Assembly (NCBI GenBank): GCA_945865625.1
Contig: CAMBFD010000006.1
Coordinates: forward strand, 1-57,322
Source: Chitinophaga pinensis
GTDB lineage: Bacteria; Bacteroidota; Bacteroidia; NS11-12g; UBA955
Direction of reading: 5' to 3'
DNA length: 57,322 bases
Shown: one piece after another, positions 36,633 to 46,966 of the stretch
How positions within the stretch are numbered: position 1 is the first letter of the stretch
How the letters are laid out: each line of letters opens with the position of its first letter
Position numbers and translations under genes: made by a program
The notes under the pieces: generated by a model
Database searches by the model: none
What the model was told of the DNA's origin: nothing
Seen by the model: only the letters and a program-made list of their open reading frames with translations

Positions 36633-37433
36633 ATGTCTGACAATATCATTGCCCCTGAAATTCAAGAATTACTTTGGGAACGAGTGAAACAATACAACCG
36701 AAGCACATTTATTGATGATGACCCAATTTCAATTCCTCATCGTTTTTTGCAAAAAAAAGATATAGAAATTTCTGCATTTTTCGCGGCAACATTGGCTTGG
36801 GGACAACGAAAGTCTATCATACAGAGCTGCAACAAGTTGATGAATATTTTCGACAATTCGCCTTATGATTTCATTGCGAATGTCACAGAATCGGAGCTCG
36901 AAAGCATGCCACATTTTGTGCATCGAACCTTCAATATTGAAGATTTGAAATTTTTCATTCGGTTTTTAAAACAGCATTATGCGATTCATGAAAGTTTGGA
37001 AACGGCCTTTTTCCCTCATGAAAACAAGGAAATTGATGCTGTAAGAAACGGATTGATTCATTTTCACAATTCATTTTTTGAGGGATATTTGGTGTGTAGA
37101 ACCAAGAAGCATGTTTCAACACCTCAGAAGAACAGTGCGTGCAAGCGATTGAACATGTTTTTAAGGTGGATGGTTAGACCAAACGACGGGGTTGATTTTG
37201 GCCTTTGGAACAACATCGATGCTAGTCAATTGATGATCCCGTTGGATGTACATGTGCAGAGAGTTGCCATTAACTTAGGCTTGATTGACTCTGAAAAGAG
37301 CAATTGGGCTACCTGTGAGCAGTTAACGGAGCAATTACGCAATCTACACCCATCAGACCCTACGATCTTCGATTACGCCTTATTTGGCTTCGGGGTTGAG
37401 GAACGGAAAATTTCGAAGGAAATTAAGCCGTAA
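36633..37433 (+). CDS. TIGR02757 family protein (DUF2400)
   Basis: DDPISIPH, AWGQR, HRTF, SACKRLNMFLRWMVR, PLDVH and DP..FDYALFG. Confidence 0.92.
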   Translation: MSDNIIAPEIQELLWERVKQYNRSTFIDDDPISIPHRFLQKKDIEISAFFAATLAWGQRKSIIQSCNKLMNIFDNSPYDFIANVTESELESMPHFVHRTFNIEDLKFFIRFLKQHYAIHESLETAFFPHENKEIDAVRNGLIHFHNSFFEGYLVCRTKKHVSTPQKNSACKRLNMFLRWMVRPNDGVDFGLWNNIDASQLMIPLDVHVQRVAINLGLIDSEKSNWATCEQLTEQLRNLHPSDPTIFDYALFGFGVEERKISKEIKP

Positions 37434-37467
37434 TTGTATCCCATTAATCGAAATTACAGGAATCTAA

Positions 37468-37500
37468 TTTGTACGATGCAATTCTTTTGTTGTAACTTTG
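37468..37500 (+). promoter_or_regulatory. Bacteroidota housekeeping promoter for trxA
   Basis: TTTG (-33), 21-nt spacer, TAACTTTG (-7). Confidence 0.7.
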
Positions 37501-37520
37501 TGTAAAATAAAAATAAGAAT

Positions 37521-37838
37521 ATGGCAGTTAGTTTCTCAACCAGCAATTTTCAAGAAGTAGTCTTGAATTCAGATAAACCAGTTTTGGTAGATTTTTGGGC
37601 AGAATGGTGTGGTCCTTGCAAAATGATTGGTCCATTGATCGAAGAATTGGCAACAGAATATGATGGAAAAGCAGTGATCGGTAAATTAAACGTTGACGAA
37701 AATCCAGACATCGCTTCAACGTACGGAATCCGCAGCATTCCTACCCTTTTGGTCTTCAAAGGTGGTGAAATTGTTGACCGCATTGTGGGTGCTGTTCCAA
37801 AAGCAAACATTGCACAAAAAATTGATAACCAACTATAA
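37521..37838 (+). CDS. trxA: Thioredoxin
   Basis: VDFWAEWCGPC and SIPT. Confidence 0.97.
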   Translation: MAVSFSTSNFQEVVLNSDKPVLVDFWAEWCGPCKMIGPLIEELATEYDGKAVIGKLNVDENPDIASTYGIRSIPTLLVFKGGEIVDRIVGAVPKANIAQKIDNQL

Positions 37839-37840
37839 AG

Positions 37841-37862
37841 AAAGCCCGTTAGGGCTTTTTTT
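37841..37862 (+). terminator. Rho-independent terminator of trxA
   Basis: AAAGCCC-GTTA-GGGC followed by T8. Confidence 0.8.
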
Positions 37863-37865
37863 ATA

Positions 37866-37935
37866 GTTGAGGGTTTAGGGTTTAGTGTTTAGTGTTATTT
37901 CGATACAGTCCCTCTTTAAACGCTAAACTTTAAAC
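37866..37935. repeat. Inverted heptamer-repeat element, copy C
   Basis: GTTGAGG GTTTAGG GTTTAGT GTTTAGT GTTATTT ... TTTAAAC GCTAAAC TTTAAAC. Confidence 0.72.
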
Positions 37936-37951
37936 ATCAAATTTCCCCATC

Positions 37952-38857
37952 GTGTTACTCTCAGAAGTTATCCAATATAAAAACCTTCCACTCATTGCTC
38001 AAAAAGCGATGGAAGGATTTATTACGGGGCTTCACAACAGTCCGTTTCATGGATTTTCTGTGGAGTTTTCTGAACATAGGTCCTACAATGTTGGGGAAAG
38101 TGTCAGGAATTTGGATTGGAAATTGTTGGCAAAAACCGATAAGAAATACATCAAACAATTCAATGAAGAAACAAATTTGAAATGTCATTTATGGGTCGAC
38201 GTTTCAAAAAGTATGCATTATCCATCACCTGCTCACGACAAATTAAAGTTTGCCATTTTAGCATCGAGCAGCATTGCCTACATCTGCACCAATCAACGTG
38301 ACGCATTTTCATTTTCATTGATGGCAGAATCTGATATCGTTTGGAAATCAGAAATGAAATCAACCCAAACACATTTCCGGAATTGCCTTGCAAATATTGA
38401 ACCTCTGTGGGAAAATCAGCCACTCTTTGTAGAAACCAAAATGGCTTCAACAGAGCTTTCGGCAACTGTAAAACGAAGAAATTTAGTTGTCATTTTCAGT
38501 GATTTATTGTGGGATGAAAATCAAAATGAACAAGAAAAAACCTTCTGGGAAACTTTATCCATTTTAAGGTTCCAAAAATGTGAAGTTTTGGTGATACAAA
38601 TTGCGCACATTCCTACTGAAATCAATTTAGATTTAGGTGAAGCGCCGGTAAAATTCGTAGATTTGGAGACCAATGAAGTTTTAAAATTACAGCCTCACGA
38701 AATCCAACAAGTCTATTCCGACCACCAAAATGAGGCACGTAAAGAATTAGAAAACAAATGCTTACAAATGGGCATTTCATACTTTTTTGCCGACATTAGC
38801 GAGCCAATTCAAGAGGTTCTTCTTGAATTTTACGTAAAACGCAGCAAGATTCTTTAG
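37952..38857 (+). CDS. DUF58 (vWA-like) protein
   Basis: GLH.SPFHGFSVEFSEHR.Y, DWK, EETN, D.S.SM, SD and FVDLET. Confidence 0.9.
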   Translation: MLLSEVIQYKNLPLIAQKAMEGFITGLHNSPFHGFSVEFSEHRSYNVGESVRNLDWKLLAKTDKKYIKQFNEETNLKCHLWVDVSKSMHYPSPAHDKLKFAILASSSIAYICTNQRDAFSFSLMAESDIVWKSEMKSTQTHFRNCLANIEPLWENQPLFVETKMASTELSATVKRRNLVVIFSDLLWDENQNEQEKTFWETLSILRFQKCEVLVIQIAHIPTEINLDLGEAPVKFVDLETNEVLKLQPHEIQQVYSDHQNEARKELENKCLQMGISYFFADISEPIQEVLLEFYVKRSKIL

Positions 38858-40191
38858 TTTCTATCGAACATCAATCGTTGAGCATTGTGCTCCAATTCTT
38901 GATTGTTACTTAGACTCAAGGTTCCATTTACCCAAACTTTATCGATGGCATGATTGAATGTGGTGCCTTCAAGCGGCGACCATGCACATTTGTATTGAAT
39001 GGTTTCTTTATTGACAGGTGATTTTCCATTTGGATCGATGAGCACAAGATCAGCAAAATATCCCTCACGAATGAAACCACGGTTATGGATTTGGAAGCAA
39101 ATTGCTGGGGCATGACACATTTTCTCAACCATTTTTTCGATGGTTAGTCGACCCTCATGAACTTTTTGGAGCATCAACAATAATGTGTGTTGTACGAGTG
39201 GTAATCCAGCGTGACAATTTAAATAATTTTCATCAAATTTCTCTGAAATTGCATGAGGAGCGTGATCTGTGGCAATAATATCTAAGCGATCATCGAGCAA
39301 AGCTTCCCACAAAGCATCATTGTCTTTTTGCGTTTTGATGGCAGGATTGCATTTGATTTGATGTTTCAAAGTTGTATAATCTGAATCTGTAAAATGCAAA
39401 TGATGGACACAAACTTCAGAGGTAATTGATTTTTGAGCCAATGGAACAACGTTGTGGAACAAATGTGTTTCTGCGGCAGAAGTGATGTGTAAAATATGCA
39501 ATCGAGTACCATATTTATTGGCCAAATCAATGGCTAAGGATGATGAAAGGTAACATGCAATTTCATCGCGAATGATGGGATGGTTTTCTGCAGGTATTCC
39601 TTTAGGAAATTGATTTTTTGCATATTCCAATCTTTCTTTAACCCTTGTTTCACACTCACAATGCGTTGCAAGCAATGTAGGAACGCTTCTAAAAATCTCA
39701 TTGAGCACTTGGGTGTCGTCGACGAGCATATCACCCGTACTGCTTCCCATGAATATTTTAACCCCGCAGGTGGTTTTTGGATTGATCTTTTTTAATTCTT
39801 CAACGTTGGTATTTGTCCCTCCTAAGAAGAAAGAATAATTCACGGCACTATGCGTTGCTGCAATTGCCATTTTTTCTTCCAGAAGTTCAATTGTTGTTGT
39901 TTGAGGAATCACATTAGGCATTTCCATGTAGGAAGTGACCCCTCCGAAAAGAGCAGCTCGACTTTCAGTTTGTATATCAGCTTTATGTGTTAGTCCAGGC
40001 TCTCTAAAATGTACTTGATCATCGATTACTCCTGGAATTAAAATTTTACCAGATCCATCAATTTCTGTGACGTTGTAATTGAGGGAAATATTGCGATCTA
40101 TGCGCTTAACGATTTGATTTTCAATAAGTACATCGGTTACGATAGATTGACCATCATTTACAACGGTTACATTTTTGATTAAGTATGACAT
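38854..40191 (-). CDS. pyrC: Dihydroorotase
   Basis: PGVIDDQVHFREPG, EMPN, KIFMGSSTG, HCE, KCNP and TDHAPH. Confidence 0.93.
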   Translation of the reverse strand: MSYLIKNVTVVNDGQSIVTDVLIENQIVKRIDRNISLNYNVTEIDGSGKILIPGVIDDQVHFREPGLTHKADIQTESRAALFGGVTSYMEMPNVIPQTTTIELLEEKMAIAATHSAVNYSFFLGGTNTNVEELKKINPKTTCGVKIFMGSSTGDMLVDDTQVLNEIFRSVPTLLATHCECETRVKERLEYAKNQFPKGIPAENHPIIRDEIACYLSSSLAIDLANKYGTRLHILHITSAAETHLFHNVVPLAQKSITSEVCVHHLHFTDSDYTTLKHQIKCNPAIKTQKDNDALWEALLDDRLDIIATDHAPHAISEKFDENYLNCHAGLPLVQHTLLLMLQKVHEGRLTIEKMVEKMCHAPAICFQIHNRGFIREGYFADLVLIDPNGKSPVNKETIQYKCAWSPLEGTTFNHAIDKVWVNGTLSLSNNQELEHNAQRLMFDRN

Positions 40192-40361
40192 ATTGTATGA
40201 AATGAGACGTAAAATTACAAAAAATGATATGAAAATTCAATAAATAAATCGGTTAGTTCACTTAACATTCGTTGCAAGATTAAATTATTTGTAAGATTTT
40301 TGTAACCCCGAAGTTAATCATACATAAAATGAGCAACAGGAAGAAGCTTGAAAAATATTAA

Positions 40362-42857
40362 TTAACGCAATAGCGTAAAATCACCTGTGAGTGTTCGCAT
40401 GTAATTATCGCAACCTATCCAATTTACCGAGTAAACATAAACACCTTCCGGCGCTTGGATGCCGTTGATAGTACCATCCCAATTCATATCTGGACTGGTA
40501 TAATCTGCTAATTTCTCTCCCCAGCGGTTGTATAATTTTACCGTATATAAACTACCTTTTACTTTGAAATGAATCATAGGATATAAATCATTTAATCCAT
40601 CATCATTTGGAGTAAACGCATTTGGCATAAAAATATCTGAAGGAAATAAATTTTTCTTTTTGTTTATTAATACTGAATCTCTGCTTTTACAACCAATCCA
40701 ATCTTTTACCTCAACCCAATGCAAACCAGAATCTCTTGCAATTAAAGTTTGCTCTCTACTTCCATTGTGCCACAAATAACTTTGCATACCCGCACCAGCA
40801 TCTAAAATTGGTTTTTCTGAAACACAAAGTGCAGTATCTCTGCCTAAATTTAAATTAGGATTGGGAAACAATTGAACAACAATAGAATCCGATTCTGGGC
40901 AGTTTTTGGAATTTAGCCATGATGCCTTAACAATACCTGGTGCTGTTAAACGAAAAGTTGAAGCACTAATTTCATTGTTCCACACAACATTTTTTGTACC
41001 CGGAAAATTTACGGTTAAGAATGTGTCGATTTTATTGCAATAACGCAAATCTTTTCCCAAATAATATTCACGAGGGAAATTCGTTAATGTAAATGTATCA
41101 GATTTAGAACAAAAACCAATTTTAACATTCACAAAATATTTCTGAGGGACATTTGTGATCATAGTTTTACCAACAACTCCATTGCTCCATTTGATGGTTG
41201 CCGAAGGATCGGCAATCTTAGAATCGAAGAAGGCATTATTATTCAAACAAACGGTTGTGTCTGAAATCAATACAATTACAGGAGAACTTTGAGCTATCAA
41301 AACAGAATCAGTTGATTTACAACCGTTTTCCGTTGTGCCAAAAACGTAATATTTTTTGGCTTTTGCAACGACAATATCGGCAGTAGATTCAAATGTGCTC
41401 CATAAATACCGAGAGTTTAATGTTAATGTGGCACTTATTTTTCTTGAAAACAAATCATCGGAACAGTAAATTGTATCGCCATTAGCTTGAATGATAGCCC
41501 TATCGTAGGTTACCTTCATAGTGTCGTACCACGTGCAACCATTCACTGTAATTCCCAACCAATAAGATCCATCTTTCGTAATTGTTAATGAATCGGTTTG
41601 AAGACCTGTACTCCAGGAATAAGCATCCGCTTTTAAGTTGGATTTTACTTTATATTTATCTCCAGGACAAAGAATTGTATCGTTGGGTAGTTTTACAATG
41701 GCTGGCTCAACAACTTCTATTTCTGCCAGAAAACTATCTAAACATTTGTTCTTATATGCAATAAGTTTCACTTTGTATTTACCCGCTTTAGGATAAGTGA
41801 ATATAGGTTTTGATATGTTAGAAGTGTCAGTATTGGAGTTAGTTACGCCAAAATCCCAATGATATCTTTGGGCACCACTACTTTGATTGACAAATTGATA
41901 TTTAAAACCGCAAATGATTTTGGGCACAAAGTAAGAAGCAACAACATCGATGACACAAGATTGCACATTGAATTGGTAATCGCGAATGGTTTGAGAAACC
42001 AGCTTTCCCTTTCTATATTCTTTAACCACAATTCCAACAACAAATTGACCCACTTTAGTTGGTACAACTGTTAGAAAACCAGTTTTGGGATCAATTGTCA
42101 TTTGTGGACTACCGTTGATAGGATTTGATGCGGAATAACCTGTATTCCAAGTAATTTGACTAAAAGGAGGTGTTTGTAAGAAACCGTTGGTATTTGTGTT
42201 ATTGGGTCTAGGATTTACATCATCACCACCTGTGTAAGGAGTTATTAACTCATAAACCAGGCTATCACCATCGGCATCTTTTGCGCTATGATCGAATTTT
42301 AATGGAGTATTGGTGCACAAAAAGTTAGGAGGCAATTCAGTGAATACTGCTGATGAATTTTCTTTGCCAAACAACCGAGAATCTGGAATAAATGCCCAAT
42401 AATTCGCTCCTGCTAGTCCAGGATTTACAATGTTTGAAATTGTACCATTTCTACAACAGCGCTGAAATGACACATAATAACCATCTAACGTTGGAGGCAA
42501 TGTCACATTTGTTTCATACCAATAATGATCAACACAGGCATTGGGAGCTACAGCAATACAGTTATAATTTGTTTTTTGTACTCTAAGTGGTCCTTTTCTT
42601 GAAACACTAATTGGATAACCACTCAAGATTTTTTTAGTATTTCCATTGAAAATACCAAAAATTGCTGTGGCGTCTGAAGCAATTGCTTGAGAATTACCGT
42701 TCAAACAATCAATATATAAATCCAATCGGATTTTATAAGTATTGGTTCCAGTTCTTTGATAAGTCATCTCACCACCTACAATATGGGTAGCACTTAGCTT
42801 AGATGTCCCTACGGAAAATAGACAAAAAAGTAAATATTTGAGTGCACACTTATACAT
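40362..42857 (-). CDS. Secreted PKD-containing protein with gliding-motility-associated (T9SS type B) C-terminal domain
   Basis: Signal peptide with ATHIVGGE, RCCRN, PKD WDFG, repeated YxWS/DT..C units, and PNAFTPNDDG.ND...NRWGE...WDG...LLR. Confidence 0.9.
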   Translation of the reverse strand: MYKCALKYLLFCLFSVGTSKLSATHIVGGEMTYQRTGTNTYKIRLDLYIDCLNGNSQAIASDATAIFGIFNGNTKKILSGYPISVSRKGPLRVQKTNYNCIAVAPNACVDHYWYETNVTLPPTLDGYYVSFQRCCRNGTISNIVNPGLAGANYWAFIPDSRLFGKENSSAVFTELPPNFLCTNTPLKFDHSAKDADGDSLVYELITPYTGGDDVNPRPNNTNTNGFLQTPPFSQITWNTGYSASNPINGSPQMTIDPKTGFLTVVPTKVGQFVVGIVVKEYRKGKLVSQTIRDYQFNVQSCVIDVVASYFVPKIICGFKYQFVNQSSGAQRYHWDFGVTNSNTDTSNISKPIFTYPKAGKYKVKLIAYKNKCLDSFLAEIEVVEPAIVKLPNDTILCPGDKYKVKSNLKADAYSWSTGLQTDSLTITKDGSYWLGITVNGCTWYDTMKVTYDRAIIQANGDTIYCSDDLFSRKISATLTLNSRYLWSTFESTADIVVAKAKKYYVFGTTENGCKSTDSVLIAQSSPVIVLISDTTVCLNNNAFFDSKIADPSATIKWSNGVVGKTMITNVPQKYFVNVKIGFCSKSDTFTLTNFPREYYLGKDLRYCNKIDTFLTVNFPGTKNVVWNNEISASTFRLTAPGIVKASWLNSKNCPESDSIVVQLFPNPNLNLGRDTALCVSEKPILDAGAGMQSYLWHNGSREQTLIARDSGLHWVEVKDWIGCKSRDSVLINKKKNLFPSDIFMPNAFTPNDDGLNDLYPMIHFKVKGSLYTVKLYNRWGEKLADYTSPDMNWDGTINGIQAPEGVYVYSVNWIGCDNYMRTLTGDFTLLR

Positions 42858-42914
42858 GAAAGCTAACTTTCACCAAAAGTACAAAAAAAATCAATCAATT
42901 AATTGTGACTTTTG

Positions 42915-44006
42915 TCAGAATTTCGACAGAATATCACAAACATGATGAATTTCGGCATCTGTCATTTCTGGAAACAAGGGTAATGAAACACAATGACTAG
43001 CCAAATATTCAGAGTTTGGGAAATCGCCAATTTTATAATTCAAATGAGCATAGGCCTTTTGCAAATGGCAAGGCACAGGATAATGAAATGCATATCCAAC
43101 CCCATTTTCATCTAAATATTTCAAAAATGCATCCTTATCTTCGGTTGTAACAACACATAAATGATGCACCGCTGTTGCTTTTGGTTCAAGAGATTGAAAC
43201 TTTAATTTACTGCTAGCCAAAGATTTATATTGATCAACAATTGATCTACGTTTGTTATTCCAACCATCGATATAGTTTAATTTTAAATTTAAGACAGCAC
43301 CTTGAATGCCTTCCATTCTCATGTTATAACCAATCATTTCATGATGGTATCGCACTGAACAACCATGATTTTTAAGAATTTGAATATGCTTATGGTAATC
43401 TTCGTTATTTGTAAAAACAGCACCGGCTTCTCCAAAAGAACCTAAATTTTTTCCTGGATAAAAACTGGTAAAACTCATTGCTCCAAATTGACCAACAATT
43501 TTACCGTTGTAAGTAGCGCCAATTGCTTGTGCATTGTCTTCCAAAAATGCAATTTTATGACGGTTACATATTTCCAATAAATCATCAATATTGCAAGGTT
43601 GACCATATAAATGAACCCCCATGATTGCTTTGGTATTTTTGGTGATGGCATTTTCAGCAGCTTTAACATCAATGTTCCACGTATTGGGATCAACATCTAC
43701 AAAAACAGGTGTTGCACCCACATAAGAAACGCCCCAAGCAGAAGCAATGAACGTGTTTGCGGGCACTATTACTTCATCACCCGGGCCAATATTTAAAGCG
43801 AGTAACCCCAAATGAATGGCATTGGTACCGTTATTTACAGCAGCAGCAAATTTTGTATGATTGTATTTTGCCAAATTCTCTTCGAATTCGGCAACAAATT
43901 GCCCCCCACTAAAAGCAGTATTTTCAAGTACTTTTTCAATAAGAGGTAACGCCTCCCCCTTTAATTGGTTGTATTGTCTTTTTAAATCGAAAAAAGGAAC
44001 ATTCAT
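42915..44006 (-). CDS. DegT/DnrJ/EryC1/StrS aminotransferase
   Basis: NGT.A, VHLYG, EDNAQA, SFYPGKNLG and SLPLFP. Confidence 0.93.
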   Translation of the reverse strand: MNVPFFDLKRQYNQLKGEALPLIEKVLENTAFSGGQFVAEFEENLAKYNHTKFAAAVNNGTNAIHLGLLALNIGPGDEVIVPANTFIASAWGVSYVGATPVFVDVDPNTWNIDVKAAENAITKNTKAIMGVHLYGQPCNIDDLLEICNRHKIAFLEDNAQAIGATYNGKIVGQFGAMSFTSFYPGKNLGSFGEAGAVFTNNEDYHKHIQILKNHGCSVRYHHEMIGYNMRMEGIQGAVLNLKLNYIDGWNNKRRSIVDQYKSLASSKLKFQSLEPKATAVHHLCVVTTEDKDAFLKYLDENGVGYAFHYPVPCHLQKAYAHLNYKIGDFPNSEYLASHCVSLPLFPEMTDAEIHHVCDILSKF

Positions 44007-44012
44007 AATGGA

Positions 44013-44555
44013 TTATGCTAAATAAATTTGTAATTGAGTTGAGTTTGAATTGTCGAAATATACGTGATCTTTAAGGGTTGTTGCAATTGAAAGTCCAACA
44101 TAGTTAGCCAACACTGGATAATTTAAATGTTCCCGCTTCGCAAAAAAAGCAGTTTCAATTTGCTTACATCCCATTTCAAAGAAATGAGCAATTGATTTCA
44201 TGGCAGTAAATCCACTATTAACCACATCGTCAACAATAATGATTGCACTATTTTCTAGGTCAGAAATTTCATTTGCTGGAATGAAATGATTGTTTTGAAT
44301 ATCCATTTGCATCGACTTAATCTTGGTATTCAATAAAATTACAGTTAATTCGCTACACAGTGCATTTGCGAGAAAAAAACCTCGATCATTTAAACCAATG
44401 AAATAAATTTGCTTGGTTTCAACATGATTTTCAGCAATTTCAATAGCTATTCTTTTGATTACCAAAAGTATATCGCCATGATTTCGGATAATTTGTTTTT
44501 CTAACATAAGAATTCTCTTCGAATTTACATTACTAAAATTATATTTCTTCGACAC
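44013..44555 (-). CDS. PyrR-like phosphoribosyltransferase
   Basis: KRIA.EIAE, PRPP motif IIVDDVVNSG.T, and R.H..YPV.ANYVG. Start may instead be ATG 44507. Confidence 0.8.
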   Translation of the reverse strand: MSKKYNFSNVNSKRILMLEKQIIRNHGDILLVIKRIAIEIAENHVETKQIYFIGLNDRGFFLANALCSELTVILLNTKIKSMQMDIQNNHFIPANEISDLENSAIIIVDDVVNSGFTAMKSIAHFFEMGCKQIETAFFAKREHLNYPVLANYVGLSIATTLKDHVYFDNSNSTQLQIYLA

Positions 44556-45051
44556 CGTCGAAATTTTTTCTCAATCGAGACCAATATTTATACTTTTGAT
44601 ATAAAACAATGTGTTGATTCCAAAATTGATCATCTTTTGAAGAATCATTTTTTTGAAAAGAATCCCACAAAACAGCAAGTTGATCAAAGTTTTGATCTAA
44701 GTCTGATTTCAAAAGATCTAAGGTTGACAGCGCCAATTTTGTTGCTGCTTCATCACCAGATTTCGACTCATTGATAAGGTCGTTCAACTCCATCATTTCC
44801 ATCAGAAAATCAGGCGGCAAAACATTATCATTCAGATGCTTATTGGAGAATGTTTCCAATAAAATTTGAATTCTATAAATTGGATTTTTTAATTTCTCAT
44901 AATATTGATTCGCCAATTCAGAATCCGTTGCATCATTTCCGCCAAAATCGGGATGTGAACTTTTTTGAATTTCAAGAAACTTCATACGCAATTGTTTTAA
45001 ATCAATTGCCAACGAGGTTTTAATTCCAAAAAATTCGAACGGATTATTCAT
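44539..45051 (-). CDS. hscB: Fe-S assembly co-chaperone HscB-like
   Basis: NPFEFFG, J-domain HPD, and LPPDFLMEMMELN. Confidence 0.82.
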   Translation of the reverse strand: MNNPFEFFGIKTSLAIDLKQLRMKFLEIQKSSHPDFGGNDATDSELANQYYEKLKNPIYRIQILLETFSNKHLNDNVLPPDFLMEMMELNDLINESKSGDEAATKLALSTLDLLKSDLDQNFDQLAVLWDSFQKNDSSKDDQFWNQHIVLYQKYKYWSRLRKNFDGVEEI

Positions 45052-46412
45052 TAGAAACCTAAGACTCTGGCGATATCTACCCAGAAAATAAAGGCAATTA
45101 GGCTGAATAAAATTACCATACCAACAATCTGACCAATGTAAAGTACCTTTTCATTGACAGGTCTACGGGTGATAATTTCATACATCAAGAACATTACGTG
45201 TCCACCATCTAAAGCAGGAATCGGTAAAATATTCATAAATGCCAAAGCCAAACTCAACATTGCAGTTAACGACCAGAAGTTCAACCAATCCCAAGTACTT
45301 CCATACATTTGAGCGATACCAATTGGACCTGCCAAAGAGTTTTTAGCATTTGTTTTACCTGAAACAACTTTCCCAAGTCCTTTTGCATTGGCCGAAATTA
45401 AAGTAAATGATTTTTCTACCCCTTTCACAACTGACTCACCTAAACCGTAATTGATTTTCTTCTCAAGTCCCTCAAAACCAATAAATTTAGGTTGAAATCC
45501 TATGGTTCCTTCTTCAGAGATAGTGATATATTTTTTCGAGCGAGAACCATCTTTTGAAACGATTTCGAAGCTTGCTGTTCTCCCCGCTTTTTTAGTTAGA
45601 ATTTCCTTAAATTCAAAGAATGAACCAACAGGAAGGCTATCGATTGCAATCATTTTATCTCCCTCAGCAACACCAGCCTTAAAGGCAGAACCACCGCTCA
45701 CTGCTGTTTTCACTTCAAACTGATAGCGAGGCGCAAAAAATGGCATATCGCCTTTTAACGATTTAGAAATAATTTCTTCGAAATTATTGGGAAGAACAAT
45801 CACTGTATCTTTTGAAGAAACAGCAACAATTCTAGATACCGTAACAGCTTTTTTATCGGCAACCAAAAAATTTGGATTTCCAAATTCCCCTAACAAATCT
45901 ACCACTGGTTTCCCGTTTAAAGCTACAATTTTATCACCTGTTAAAAATCCTACTTGACGTGCAGCAGGACCTGCATAAATGCCTCCTTTTTGATTGATTG
46001 CATCGTTTGGGATATATGAATCACCTTGGGTGTATGTTAGACCTGTAATAATGACAATACCAAGTAGAAGGTTCACTAGAACCCCACCAACCATTACAAT
46101 TAAACGTTGCCAAGCAGGTTTGGATCTAAATTCCCAAGCTTCTGGCTCAGATTTTAATTGATTGGTATCTAAGCTTTCATCGACCATTCCGGCAATTTTC
46201 ACATAACCACCAAGTGGCAACCATCCAATCCCATATTCGGTATCACCCTTTTTGAATTTAAACAGTTTAATGCCCCAAGCATCGAAAAATAAATAAAATT
46301 TTTCAACTTTAATTCCGAAAGCTCTTGCCGCCAAAAAGTGTCCTAATTCATGTAAAGTAACTAAAATTCCTAAAGCAAGAATAAACTGTAAAATTGTGAT
46401 GATTGTATTCAT
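45051..46412 (-). CDS. rseP: RIP metalloprotease RseP
   Basis: HELGH, LPLGGYVKI, PDZ domains and NILPIPALDGGH. Confidence 0.95.
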   Translation of the reverse strand: MNTIITILQFILALGILVTLHELGHFLAARAFGIKVEKFYLFFDAWGIKLFKFKKGDTEYGIGWLPLGGYVKIAGMVDESLDTNQLKSEPEAWEFRSKPAWQRLIVMVGGVLVNLLLGIVIITGLTYTQGDSYIPNDAINQKGGIYAGPAARQVGFLTGDKIVALNGKPVVDLLGEFGNPNFLVADKKAVTVSRIVAVSSKDTVIVLPNNFEEIISKSLKGDMPFFAPRYQFEVKTAVSGGSAFKAGVAEGDKMIAIDSLPVGSFFEFKEILTKKAGRTASFEIVSKDGSRSKKYITISEEGTIGFQPKFIGFEGLEKKINYGLGESVVKGVEKSFTLISANAKGLGKVVSGKTNAKNSLAGPIGIAQMYGSTWDWLNFWSLTAMLSLALAFMNILPIPALDGGHVMFLMYEIITRRPVNEKVLYIGQIVGMVILFSLIAFIFWVDIARVLGF

Positions 46413-46525
46413 ATAAGATCACAAATATAAGAAACTGCGATGAATTCAGCTTTAATTTTCGAAGAAAGTAGTTGATTAGGGCACAGAAGTCACTTTAAAC
46501 AGTGAATTTCATCAAAATCAGCCAT

Positions 46526-46966
46526 TTAAAGGCTTTTGATCATTTTATAATGAGGGATATTGACTTCCAAAAATTCATCCCCAACAATTTGATAATCAAG
46601 CGATAAATAAAAAGTAACTGCCGATTTTCGGGCGTTGAGCTCTATTTTATTAAAGTTTCGACTTGTAGCGAATGACTCACAAAATTGAACCATTTTTTTT
46701 CCAATTCCATTTTGTTGAAAAGGCGCATCAACTGCAACTTGTCTCATTTTGTAAACAAGTGATTTATCGGAAATTTCCGATAAGACTAAGCATCCAATAT
46801 TCCTATGATCAACAAAGGCAGCAATGTGTATATCGCTGCCCTCTTTTTTTAAATCGTTTGTATTAAAATGGATGGACAACGGTCGTCGAAGCACTTCATA
46901 TCTCAATCCTAAAGTTTGAAAATATTCTTTAGTTTGAAAATCAATTTGCTTGACGGTTATTTTCAT
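46526..46966 (-). CDS. GNAT N-acetyltransferase
   Basis: LR..VLR, MRQVAV...Q..GIG, NAR and FY..L.Y. Confidence 0.9.
   Translation of the reverse strand: MKITVKQIDFQTKEYFQTLGLRYEVLRRPLSIHFNTNDLKKEGSDIHIAAFVDHRNIGCLVLSEISDKSLVYKMRQVAVDAPFQQNGIGKKMVQFCESFATSRNFNKIELNARKSAVTFYLSLDYQIVGDEFLEVNIPHYKMIKSL

Noticed and set aside
40329-40361. Micro-ORF MSNRKKLEKY on the plus strand
   Set aside because: Only ten codons, with no convincing promoter or terminator; expected by chance.
46476-46510. Imperfect hairpin GAAGTCACT-TTAAAC-AGTGAATTTC after the GNAT gene
   Set aside because: Weak stem without a T tract and only a single heptamer-like word.
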